NCBI GenBank assembly: GCA_050084985.1
Contig: JBITNC010000001.1
Coordinates: forward strand, 117,490,001 to 117,554,000
Origin: Nageia nagi
Taxonomy: Eukaryota > Plantae > Pinophyta
Length of the DNA: 64,000 nt
Direction: 5' to 3'
This document shows, piece by piece, positions 27,245 to 38,326 of this stretch. Numbering within the stretch: position 1 is the first letter of the stretch; every line of letters begins with the position of its first letter. The notes beneath the pieces are model-generated. The model did not search any database. It was given only the letters and a program-made list of their open reading frames with translations, and was not told where the DNA came from. A program made the translations under genes and the position numbers.

Positions 27245-28060
27245 TATGAGGGACTATTTTGGTACTTTACATTTGGTGACTATTTTGGTATTTTACATTA
27301 GGTGTGCAAAATGATGGATGGAATATCTCCATACATTTTGATATTTTATGTTAGGTGTGTAAAATAATTGATAAACTATTTCCATACATTTTTGTATCTA
27401 GTATGTGTTAGAATTTGTAATGAAATATTGTGAATATCTAAACTCCTTGTAACTTAAATTAATCACTTAAGGGTATGTAGATACCTTAAGAGATTAATAG
27501 AATTCTTTAATATGTAGACTTTGACTTTACCAAAGTGGTTAGTTGGTAGGTTGAAGTTTGGTGATACATTTAATGTAACCCTAACCTTACCCTTGGGTTA
27601 AAGGAAGGTTAGGGAGGTGCTCTAAAGCTATAAATAGAGGGCCTCTCCTCTTGTAACATATCTAAGTCTTGGAGTAAGATTACTCTACTTGGTTGTGTAG
27701 GAGAGAGCTAGAGAATAGTTGTAAGAGAGACAGATTGAGAATAAGAGAACTAGTTGTGGATGTACTCCCAAGGAGGGAGGAACCACATTATATTGGTGTC
27801 ATATTGTGTGAATGGTGTTCTTAGAATTATAGATAATGAATGATTAAGCTTCCTAATCTTAGGTCCTAGAGGATTTGTTTAGATCTAGTTCAAATCCTTC
27901 AGTATGAGGTATGTAAAATAAATAAGGGACTATTTTGGTATTTTGCATTAGGTATGCAAAATTATGGAGGGACTATCTCCATACATTTTGGTATTTTATG
28001 TTAGGTGTGCAAAATAATTGATAGACTATTTCTATACATTTTTATATCTACCATGAAGTG
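27245..28060. repeat. Tandem repeat (~155-bp unit built from ~50-bp subunits) split by a solo LTR
   Basis: gactattttggtatttt..attagg..tgcaaaa..ctccatacattttg..ttttatgttaggtgtg.aaaataattgata at ~27280-27405 and again at ~27925-28060. Confidence 0.8.
27406..27901 (+). mobile_element. Solo LTR, 496 bp
   Basis: TG...CA termini, perfect 5-bp TSD GTATG (27401-27405 and 27902-27906), internal CTATAAATAG TATA box at ~27628. Confidence 0.85.
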
Positions 28061-28565
28061 TGTATAATTTGTAGGACTTGGAACTTAGAAACAAATTTTT
28101 CAAAATTCTAACATAAAATAATAAACCTCCTTATCCCTCATGAAAAAAAATGTTAAGGTGGAAAATTAGTTTGATTTTTGGATGGACTATACCAACCTTT
28201 GGTTATAAATACCTAGGAGAACCCTTAGAAAAATAAAACATTCATACACTCCTCACCCTCTTCCCAAATCTTGGTCTAGAGATATGTGAAGGAAGGAATC
28301 TCTCTCCTCTTAAATCCAAGTGCTTTTCTAATATTTTAGTCACTACTGCTAAAATGTTTAGCAAAAGTTTTGGGTTTTATTTGAAATATTTTAAGTGTAT
28401 TTTAAGGATGGATTTCTTATTAAGAGTTCATGATAATAACAATAGGTTTCTTTGTTATTAATGGTTGTACATTAAATTGTACCATTGAAGGGCATAGTAT
28501 TTGCATGACAATTTTGCATGTGATATTAATGTATATTTTATCTATATGTGGTTGGAAAAGGAGAA

Positions 28566-29016
28566 AATAATTTATTTACTCAATGTTTAATTTAGTAGTC
28601 ATAGGTGTAAAGTCAAAACTAATTTATATTAGCCAAGAGATAGCACTCCACCTTGTATTTATTTGAGGTGAATTTTGTTCGATATTTTTGAAGTTAGATG
28701 GAATTGTTTATTTAAAAAACATTAGTATTGCATATGATATAGTTTGTTTGTATCTAGAAATGGAGGAAACTATTTAATGGGTGTACTTATTATTTAATTT
28801 GTCCTTATATGGAGGTATCTTGATTAGATAATTTATTTACTCAATATTTGATTTAGTAGTCATGGGTGTAAATTAAAAACTAATTTTATATTGGCAAAGA
28901 GATAGTACTCCACCTTGTATTTATTTTAGGTGAATTTTGTTTAAGATTTTTATTTAAAAAAATAATTATTGCATATGGTATAGTTTATTTGTATCTAGAA
29001 AAGGAGGAAACTATTT
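28566..29016. repeat. Tandem duplication, ~200-bp units
   Basis: ataatttatttactcaat...gagatag.actccaccttgtattta...gtatctagaaa.ggaggaaactattta at ~28566-28776 and ~28828-29016. Confidence 0.85.
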
Positions 29017-30149
29017 ATTTAAAAATTATTTGGTGGGTATACTTACTATATCCTATATCCTAACATTTACTTATATTATAATAGTTTATTAATTAGAATA
29101 TCAATTTTTATTAAATGTAAGGAGACCAACATATTTGTAAGGTCAATCACCATCTTGCACTAAGCGATCGATTAGGGTTAGGGTAGATAGATTATAAATA
29201 TATGTGGAAATAGAATGGTTGGTATCTTGGAAAATATATTATTTGAGTTGTAAGGAGGTAGCCCCCTCGAAGTGGCCTATGATTTATTTTGGTTATTCAG
29301 TAAAGTGATTTTGTTATTATCTTGCTCCATTGGGATTTGTGTTACTTTTGTTGTGAGATTGAGATACATTTTACTAATATTTTATTGTTATTTTTGCGAG
29401 AATCTTGTTTTAGAACTTGCAAGTTCCTAACATATAATTTTTCCATAAGTTGTTTGGAGGTATATAAATGAAGGAGTAAACACTTTAATATTTAGTCTAA
29501 CTAATAAGTTAAATTTTGGATCATGTAATTTATCTTGAAAGGATGGAATTATTTATTTAAAACATTTTTCATAATACTCGAGGTTACTTTATTTTCCTAT
29601 TAGTGGACCAACCTTAGTTTTGTCATGTGAATGGCATAGTAATTAAATTTATTTGATACATATGTGTATTAGGGTACTTAGAATAAAAGTACTAGTAAAA
29701 TAAAATTTATGAGGTGAGTTGGGAATCCAAATAAATTTAATATATTATTTTACTCCTAATACGAGTAGTCTTATACTCAAATACAAATAAGGTATTAATG
29801 TCTCTAGATATCATAGCATGGGTTGAGAGAAGCTCTTCATTGTGGTACACTGGCCACCTTGAAGACCCTATGAGTATCATTTTGATCTTGTGTTGTGCTC
29901 ATTGGATTTACTTGGATCATGGATTCCATAGTAGGTATTCTCCTTTCCATCCTTGTGAGTGCAAAATATATGTAATTTCTTGATCCTAAATAGCTTGAAT
30001 ATGAATGCCATTGTTTCCCTCCCAAAGGCCTCATTTAATTTTGAAATTAGTCTTCATTATATTACTTAAATAAATGGCTATTACATCTAACTTGTAAATA
30101 AGGAAATAAAGGTAATGGATACTTCATAATAAAATTTTTTGATAGATCT

Positions 30150-31300
30150 AAAATTATGTTATTTCTTTTGAAATAAATTATTTTATGGTCAAACATATTT
30201 TGGTGTGACTACCCCTATAATATGGTAATGAATTTATGATATTTTTGGTTGATCATTGGACTTTTTATTTATCATGTGTAATTGTTTAAAATTACTATTT
30301 TGAGAGAATTTGAAAATGATGCATGTCAAAGAATTTGGATGATATAATTAGATTAATTGGTGAAATTTTACTTTATGATCAAGGAAGGGAGGTAGTTTAA
30401 GTGAGAGCATAAAATCTCTTGAGATTGAGAATAGAGTTGATCCTTTTTAATTATTTCTTCCTTGAATGAACTTTATTGAAAGAGAAATATTGTATGGATG
30501 AGATATGATGCAACTAGGGTAGAATGCATTACATCATGTAAAGAGCTATCATGATCCTCAAATACTCTAAAAAACCCTCTCCTAGTACTTTCACCCAATA
30601 AGTATTAGATCCTTGGGATGAATGTGCAAGATGAAGATGTCAAGAAGATACACCAAGTGGATGAGGATAAATAAAAAACCTTACATGATATAATTCTACA
30701 AATCTATGGTGTAAATTCCTTATGTTAATTGTGTGGAAACTCACATGTAATTAAATGAATTATAGACTATGATGTACAACATGGTCAAGTTACCAATTAT
30801 AGTTAACCAAGTCTAGATATATTACTATCATTATGAAACACCTTAGGGTGTGGAATAAAGCTATTAGTCATTTTTATATAGTCAATTGTAAAAAACATAT
30901 AATTCAGTATTGATTTATGTACAAGGTAGATAGCTTTTATATCCATAATACATGTGTAAGATATTCATGATAATCCAAGATCCAAGTATATTCTTTCTCA
31001 TCCTATGATTATATTTCTAAATAATTTATGTGACTATGTTAAAATTAAGGATATATAAAATAACGATACAAGAACCTTAATGTGTTCAAATTATTAGAAA
31101 TAGAAAGTAAATATCATAATATATTCCCTAACCTAAGTATATGATTATTGTGAATTTAAGGAACTATATTGAGTTACATGGATAGTTTGAAATTGAAAGA
31201 GAATCTCCCTTATGCTAGTAAATATAAGGGTTTATAGGTAATAAACATTTATTGACTCATTATGATAATGAAATTATGGAGTTGAAGACAACCTTGAAAT
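30150..31300 (+). mobile_element. Highly degenerate Ty1/Copia INT-RT remnant
   Basis: Weak motifs: FMIFLVDH (INT, ~30230), IIDYD..VKLPII and P.RVWNKAISHF (RT, ~30760-30875); INT before RT is the Copia order. Confidence 0.45.
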
Positions 31301-33159
31301 GTTAAAATGACTTAGGCAATTGTTACCTACATAGCTTTGGGGTGAAACAAATAGGATGGTAATGTTATTAGTACTTAGCTCAAGCTTAAACAAAACTTTA
31401 GGACTTTAGGTGATCTACAAAGAAACTTAATCAAGAAGCTATAACCTTATAAGGAATGTAAATGGTAAAGAAGACCTCAAACCAATAATAGAAGTTGATC
31501 AAAGGATATGATGAGCATATAAACAAACTAGTAAATCAAAGTAAGAGTTATGGATTCACAAATGATTAGGGAGCTTGTATAGAAAGATAACTTATTCAAA
31601 CCCTTATTGTCATAAGATCGCAAGATGAAAACCAAAATATATTCCTTGAGTATGTTATACTCTACGTTGCACTCCCTTATTAGAAGTATCCATGTTTTTA
31701 TGCATCTCATGGCTTGTTATTATTCTTTGGCATGTGATGTAATTTTAATGTAATATTCTTTTCTCTGCATTATGCATATGGGATATTTATACTAAAGTAC
31801 TATTGAATATTCTTTAATGGATCCATGAATAAGTTTGTTTGAAACTTCTTTGTGCACATTTGATGAATTTATTATTTTATTTATCAAACATGTTTAATAA
31901 TTTTAAAGGTGGTTATTTTGCAATTAATTAGATTAGAGGAATATTCTAGTGCTTGATTCTAGGGACATTAGAGTGGTGATGATTTTCTCTATAATATTAT
32001 TTATTACACTATACAAACCACTCAAGGGTATTATTCTAATACCCATGGCTCCCCAAGATATGGACATGGGGATATCAAACATCATGGTAAGCTTAGCTAA
32101 TAGATATGTGTAGGCTAGTATCTTATACCCTCGATAGATTTTTAGATGAGGGTAGTAGTCAATAAAATTGTAGTTACAAGGTGAAGGTAACTAGTATTCG
32201 TACACCATGTATTTTAGCAAATAGGAGTATGAATATTGTTCCATAGGTGATGATGCTTACCCATTTCATATGGAAGATTGCCTAGGATAATCTATTTGTG
32301 TCTATGATTCGTAGGTTCATACATTGGGTGATGATATTTAACCTTATGGATACACATTCTCTTAGGTAATATGGGTCCCAATTAGGAAAATAAAATATCA
32401 TGACCAAAATGTCTATTACATAGTTCATGAATAGAAATGGTGGGGTCACCTATGTGCCATCTTCCAATGGGGTGAGAATTGTGAAGTGAATACCATAAGG
32501 ATCCTAATCAGGATTGGTTAATCCAAACTTGTTCTAACTAGCTAGAAGTATTGACATGCTCATGTGGATCACCTTTTCCATTCCTAGGTCATTTGAGTAT
32601 TTATAGTATAAAAAAATAGGTTTGAATTTTTTGGGTTTTATGAAGTCAAGAATAGGTGAAGCATTACACTAATTAATCCTCAAATTTGAATGTGATGATT
32701 TGTTAAGGGATATAAGATTTAGAATTTACATATTAGTAAATTATTAGGGTTGTGGAAAACCTTCGAGTATGCAATCAATTCCATACTACAACCAAGTTTA
32801 TCTTCAATATTGTACAAGGTATATTATTTTAATAGGTATGCAAAAATATGAAAGAATACAAAATATGAATATTATTGAAGTCCCATGAATTTTATATATA
32901 TATATGGAAAATATGAAAGAATACATAAATAAAATGAGTAGTTTTTATATAATATATTGAATAAAATGCATGCCTTAGAGTTTTCAACAACTTACCTTTT
33001 GCACTCTATAAAAATGGTCACTTGTTATCAATAGAAATGCTTGTATTCTACAATAATCGATTAGTGGAGAATATTCTGCAGAAATGGTTAAGATCTTTCC
33101 CTCATTTTGGTATATAAATTATGTTTTATCTTTAGCATTTTAATTTTTATATATACTTA

Positions 33160-33690
33160 ACTATATTACAAGTGTATATATTATATGTTGGGTATATATA
33201 TGATATGTTGGGTGTATATATGATATGATATGCATATATTATTAAACAAAAGGTGGGTCCTTTTTACTTTGAATTCTAGTATACTAAATGTTTGGCATAT
33301 ATTTTTAAATATTGGGTATATATATTTTAAATTTTCCATTTTAAATCCTTTTAAAAATAGCTAAAATATGGAGTATATCAATAACCTATGGGCATATATA
33401 TAACTAAACAATGGGTATATATGTCTAAGCATTGGACATATATAGTTTAAATTATTTTTTAATCTTTTTACAAATAGATAAATTATGGGAGTATATCAAT
33501 AATTTATAGGCATATATTACTATATAAAATGGGTGTATATTAAGAAACACTAGTCGTATATCACCATCTGAAAATAGCCCATCGAAAAATGGAAGAGGTT
33601 ATCCTATAATATATTGTTTATATACACTTGTAAATTATTCTTTGTATACACTTAATAATTATGTTTGATATATACCCAAAATATATTCTA
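33160..33690. repeat. Foldback-like array of GGGTATATAT/AAGTGTATAT units in opposed orientation
   Basis: ttacaagtgtatata (~33166) versus tatatacacttgtaa (~33619); many gggtatata units on the left and tataccc/tatacac units on the right. Confidence 0.5.
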
Positions 33691-34549
33691 GGATAGCAGA
33701 GGAATTAGGTGGTTGGTAGTGGCATGATTTTCATATATGCCTAGCATTTATGGTCAAATTTGGATGGAAGATAGCTTTTTTAATGTCAAATGGTTCAACA
33801 AAGATGGCGTAGGAGCTATTGAATGTACTAGGGTTCTTGAATTGGTTACTTGACTAATAATTCTTAGTTTTATGTGAAGTAATCTTACATCAAATTAAGA
33901 TTTTATTTAAGTGTGAAAAGGATTGATTTGTTTTAAAAGATACAATAATATTCAATTTATCATTTTAATTCATTTTTACTTGTATAAAGAAAATAATCCT
34001 AAGGGTTTGAAAATTATAAAATTAAAAATACAATCATAAGGTTATTACATTGAGAAATTCAAACTTGTACCAAGTTAGGTTCAAAAAAATATGGATATCA
34101 AAGAAATATTAGAACCAAAAAATATTAATTTCTATACTATTATTATACATAATTGATATATTTAAGATAATAAAAATAAAATATATGATAAATTAGTTTT
34201 AAGGGAAAGTATACAAATTAGATTTGGATTGATTCGCGAAATGGGAGAGTGCAATTGATGATAAGATGATGAGTACAATTGATGACAAATGAAGGTATGG
34301 GCCTTGCCCACTACAAGGTTTGGAGTTTATTGAGTGAAAAGATATGCAGTGTAGTTCTTGTGTCTACTTCTTCTACAAAATTAGGCATCTAAATCACCCT
34401 TATTTTGATCATTATTTCTCTATGGTCTCAAAATGAATGAGAAATAAATGATGGTTTCTATGGATTCAAGATAGTATTGGAGTTCTAAGCCTCTTCTCTC
34501 AATAGGCAAAGCTAGATTTGGGACCTCCATTGAAAGCATTTATTTTGAA

Positions 34550-35600
34550 TGATGAAAATGTCTATCTAAAAATATAGAAAGAGATCATGGACCAAATAGT
34601 GGAAAGGGTTACCTTATCTTGATTGAAAAAATTCTTAATGCAAGGTTAAACATTAACCTAATTCGTAGATGGATAAAATTGTAATGAAAAATCAAGATTA
34701 GTTTGGAATTCATTGCACTACCAAATGATTACATGATGTTTGCTTTTGGAAATGCAAAAGATAGGGATTATGTTTTGAGAAATCCCTAGTTCTTTAGGAA
34801 GAGGAGATTACTTTTGGAAATGTGAAAGCCTAGATTCATTATAAAGAAGGTTCAAATTATGTTATCTCATATCTAGATAACACTTTTGAAATTGTAACCA
34901 TTTGATATTTGATACCAATAGCTCTTGGATGGAATAATGAACTCCTTTAAAAACTTTATCATGATGAATGAGGTCACAAAAGCTTAGTAAAGGATGATAA
35001 AATATCATCACCATATATTTTGAACTTGGTAAATAGATCCAAGAGTTGAGGCATGAATTCAATAGCTACCTCTTCTCATATTGTAATAAAGTAGGACATT
35101 AAAATAGATCATATATGTTGTAGAGACCTAAATAAAAATATGAAGAAAGTGTAAATGATAGGTAGGATGGTGAGATTCATCAACTAGTGGCAGAAGGACA
35201 AGCAAAGGTAATGGGTCTTGAATAATTGGTCATCCTCTTTGAATTATCCATGAAGATATCTCCCTCTACTAGACTTCAAGTTACAAAGGATCAAGATCAG
35301 ATCCCAAATGTTAAAAATAATCTAAAATATATTAATGAATGGATAAATGTTGAATAAAAAAAAAGAATTGTTAAAATATTGATCAAATATTAGACTCTAA
35401 GGAGACCATAGTGAAGGAAACATAAGGAGGAAGAAATAATATGAGAATGATATCTTGTAGTGCCTCTAAATCAATAGTTATTGGTACTAAACATGTGGGA
35501 AGATCAAGAAATAATGAAATTCAAGAGATGGTAGTAGCCAAGGATGTTGTAGATTGGAAATAATCAAAACTTGTTGGTTTGAGGATAGGCTTTCTCCTCA
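34550..35600 (+). mobile_element. LINE ORF1 relic (DUF4283-like domain plus zinc knuckle), no ORF2
   Basis: LIEKILNARLNINLIRRWIK...ALPNDYMMFAFGNAKDRDYVLRNP*FF..LLLEM*KPRF; SYCNKVGH; C-terminus VGRSRNNE...KDVVD resembling 40500-40585. Confidence 0.7.
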
Positions 35601-36110
35601 AACCTAGAAAGAAATAATAAATTGGTGAAAGGGTATTGATCTAAATTTTACGATTACTATAGAAGATTCACTCAAGGATGGTATTTTTAGATTAAAATTT
35701 GTATTAAATTGATGTCTAATATTTGCTTGGATAATCATGTTGAACATCCTAAAATTGTAAAAAATAAATAGAGGCAAGATGTTGCCAAAACTATTTCAAA
35801 TTTATAATAAAAGGTGGGTACCTTTATATAAAACATAATTAAATTATAAATTTTATATTCATAATCATTTTTTAAATAATATATTTTGTTGCAATATGAT
35901 ATAAAATATATATATGAGGGCATGGCCTATTGGTAAATCTGTGACCATGAAGACAAATCCCTTTGGTCTTGTAGAACTCGATGAGGCTAGCACCATCATG
36001 TGCATTAAAAGTTTACTTCTTATAGTAGATGGTTATAGTAGCAAGAGGATAAAATTTTGAAACCACAATGAGTTGAAGATAATTATAACTAATTATTGAT
36101 TGTCCAATGT

Positions 36111-36127
36111 CATATATTATATATATA

Positions 36128-36193
<66 letters not shown>

Positions 36194-36247
36194 AAAAAAT
36201 ATTTGAATTTATTTTCTTATGATGAATTTTTACTCCACTAAAATGGT

Positions 36248-36306
<59 letters not shown>

Positions 36307-36370
36307 ATATATATATATATATATAATATTTTAAGCTACTTTCTTATGATAAATTTTACTCCACTAAATT
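36111..36370. repeat. Two (AT)n microsatellites, each followed by the same ~30-bp unit
   Basis: (AT)n at ~36111-36189 and ~36252-36325; tttcttatgat.aattttt?actccactaaat at ~36213-36243 and ~36340-36369. Confidence 0.9.
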
Positions 36371-36822
36371 TGTCAATTGCTCATGATAGTTGTTATGAAG
36401 GTATGTTCAGATATCAAGGTAAGGGATGTTGATGTGGATAGTAATCATTTGGTATATAATAAGTAATTATGCGAGTACAATGTAATCATTAGATGAAATG
36501 TATTTATAGAACCAAATATGATGCTTCTAAATTATGATATGTTCTTCAAATATAATAATATTCTTCAACAATATAAAAATATAAAACTCAAGTCAATAAT
36601 ATAAAAGAGATTATATATCTATATGAAGAGAGAGAAATATAGATAAATAAAGGGAGCTTAATAAAATAAAATCCATTATATGAAATAATCAAATACATTC
36701 TTTTATAAAATTTATGTAATTGATTCTTTAATCACATGTAAATTAGTTTTAGCTGTAAATAAGAATTAGCCTTATTTTATTCTTTTAGATTAATAAACTC
36801 TTCATGTTAAGAAAAAAAAAAA

Positions 36823-37123
36823 GGGGAAACTTACCAAAATACCTTTATAAGTTCATTAGATTACATAAATACCTTTACTCTTTGGAAATTGCTAAAATAG
36901 AAAGTTTTCAAAATTATATAAATATCTTTACTTTTTTTCTTGCCTCTTTGAACATTATTAAATTTTAATTTATTATAATAAAAAAATTAAGTTATTATAA
37001 AATTTTGAAAGTAGAAGTATTCCTATAATTTTGAAAACTTTTGAAAGTATTTTTGTAATTTCAAAAGAATGAAAAATATTTCTGTAATTTCATGAATTTA
37101 TAAAAATAGTTTCCTAGATTTCC
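36823..37123. mobile_element. Mutator-like MITE, ~300 bp, long TIRs
   Basis: Left ggaaacttaccaaaatacctttataagttcattagattacataaatacc... matches reverse complement of right end ggaaatctaggaaactatttttataaattcatgaaattacagaaatatt... over ~110 bp; G...C ends; A-tracts on both sides, compatible with a 9-bp TSD. Confidence 0.8.
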
Positions 37124-38024
37124 AAAAAAAAAAAAAAACTTATTATAATTTACCTACCTTTAGCTTATTATATAACAGAACAACCAAGTAATATAACATA
37201 AATCATACTATACAAAAATATACCAATTCAACTGTAATAAAAAATATATATAAACTAAATCCATAAATAAATGTATAAAATGTAAAATGCAATGTATTGT
37301 CTTCCTATTTTTCTCCCTTTCATACCATCAATAGTAAACTACATTTATAACTAAAGTTAGAGACACGGACTTACCTAAGAGTGAAGCTTGTTGCGAGGGG
37401 TCTCTCTTACTGATTGTTGATAAGGCCAAATTCAGTTCGAAAACAAAGATTGGTACGGGAGAAAGCAATCAACATAGAAAATTTACCCTTAACTTTCACT
37501 TTGTTTTCTTGCATGAACTATGCAATAGAGAGCTTTCAGTCCCACCAACACCTTTTCTGAACTGAAGAAGATCTACCATGCAAACATTTACAATGAAATT
37601 ACTCTTCTTTTTTTCACATCCTTTTATGTACCCAACCTTTTTCAAGAATGAGCTCAACCACTACATATATTCCAATGATACATAGCTTCAAATTTTAACT
37701 ACGCCTGCTTGAAACAAATGCAAATAATGGCTGATCCATTTCAACAAACGCAAAGCCCACAAAATTAACAGATTGTAATTTTACGATACAATTCCTGCTT
37801 CAATATTACACTTTCTGGTTAGGAGCACAAAGTAAAAAACCAGGAATCCACACATCTCTTGAAACACTTGGCAAGATAAAGGATATATCATTCTAATATA
37901 AAATGTGAAGAACTTTTCTCCATAATCCTTCATGATGGAAATTGTGAAGACCTATCTCTTGGCCAGATCTGTACTCCATCGGTGATGAAAAGAAAACGAT
38001 AATAATATTAATAATGACCTACAA

Positions 38025-38258
38025 TTAATTGTGCAAGGGATTAGGACCTGTAGGCACAATTCTCTTCTCAACTCCAAACATGGGATCGGTTTCTTGCTCC
38101 AAGTTTCGCCTCTTCACTTTATATACCAATTCTGGCGGCCGAGGAACTTGATCACTTCTCTCTGCTAACATTCCCCTTGCTTCTAATGACCCATGGCCAA
38201 TCAAGAACAATAGAACATATAGAACACTGAAGAATCTTAAGAAATTCCTCGTACCCAT
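38025..38258 (-). CDS. CLE: CLAVATA3/ESR-related (CLE) peptide precursor, R-type, 77 aa
   Basis: Intact ATG-TAA ORF; N-terminal hydrophobic signal peptide (FFSVLYVLLFLIG, predicted cleavage near SLEA|R); C-terminal 12-aa CLE box RIVPTGPNPLHN (38028-38063) preceded by DPMFGVEK, like the DPRYGVEK context of CLE9-13-type precursors. Confidence 0.96.
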   Translation of the reverse strand: MGTRNFLRFFSVLYVLLFLIGHGSLEARGMLAERSDQVPRPPELVYKVKRRNLEQETDPMFGVEKRIVPTGPNPLHN

Positions 38259-38316
38259 TTTTAGAACGATTTTGGAGTTATCGCCAAGGTTCTATGAGGC
38301 TTGTTCAATATATACG

Positions 38317-38326
38317 TATATATATA
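38317..38326 (-). promoter_or_regulatory. TATA box of the CLE gene
   Basis: TATATATATA ~60 bp upstream of the ATG, inside the CpG-retaining island. Confidence 0.6.

Larger units (their letters stand above)
22616..32668 (+). mobile_element. Element D: chromoviral (Tekay-like) Gypsy element with internally deleted 5' end and long 3' LTR region
   Basis: Starts TGTAATGACC at 22616, and this sequence recurs at 26665 after PPT aagggggtagta; ends GCATTACA at 32668; TSD CTGAT/CTAAT; domains: knuckle [35 protein letters not shown]...[13 protein letters not shown]...[31 protein letters not shown]...SDRDSKFT, chromodomain-like CLVQ*DK...SS*ED. Confidence 0.85.
9700..32780 (+). mobile_element. Element C: degenerate CRM-like Gypsy host element, interrupted by B (in RT) and D (in probable 3' LTR)
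   Basis: [25 protein letters not shown]...SGYHQ...TRDGFF (10430-10730) resumes as [19 protein letters not shown] at 19411; RH and integrase (RPWESISMDFADGLP, PIQYGPFKILD) to ~21750; LTR-like sequence from ~21830, resuming after 32673; outer boundaries approximate. Confidence 0.75.

Noticed and set aside
27245-29016. Repeat-spacer appearance suggesting a CRISPR-like array
   Set aside because: Eukaryotic TE context; units are degenerate tandem duplications without unique spacers or cas genes
29798-30034. Overlapping short ORFs on both strands
   Set aside because: No motif; lies among LTR and Copia debris inside element D
37370-37565. Consensus donor AG|GTAAGT (~37375, minus strand) and an upstream acceptor-like site downstream of CLE
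   Set aside because: Implied exon has no convincing coding signal and no downstream acceptor was established; needs RNA-seq
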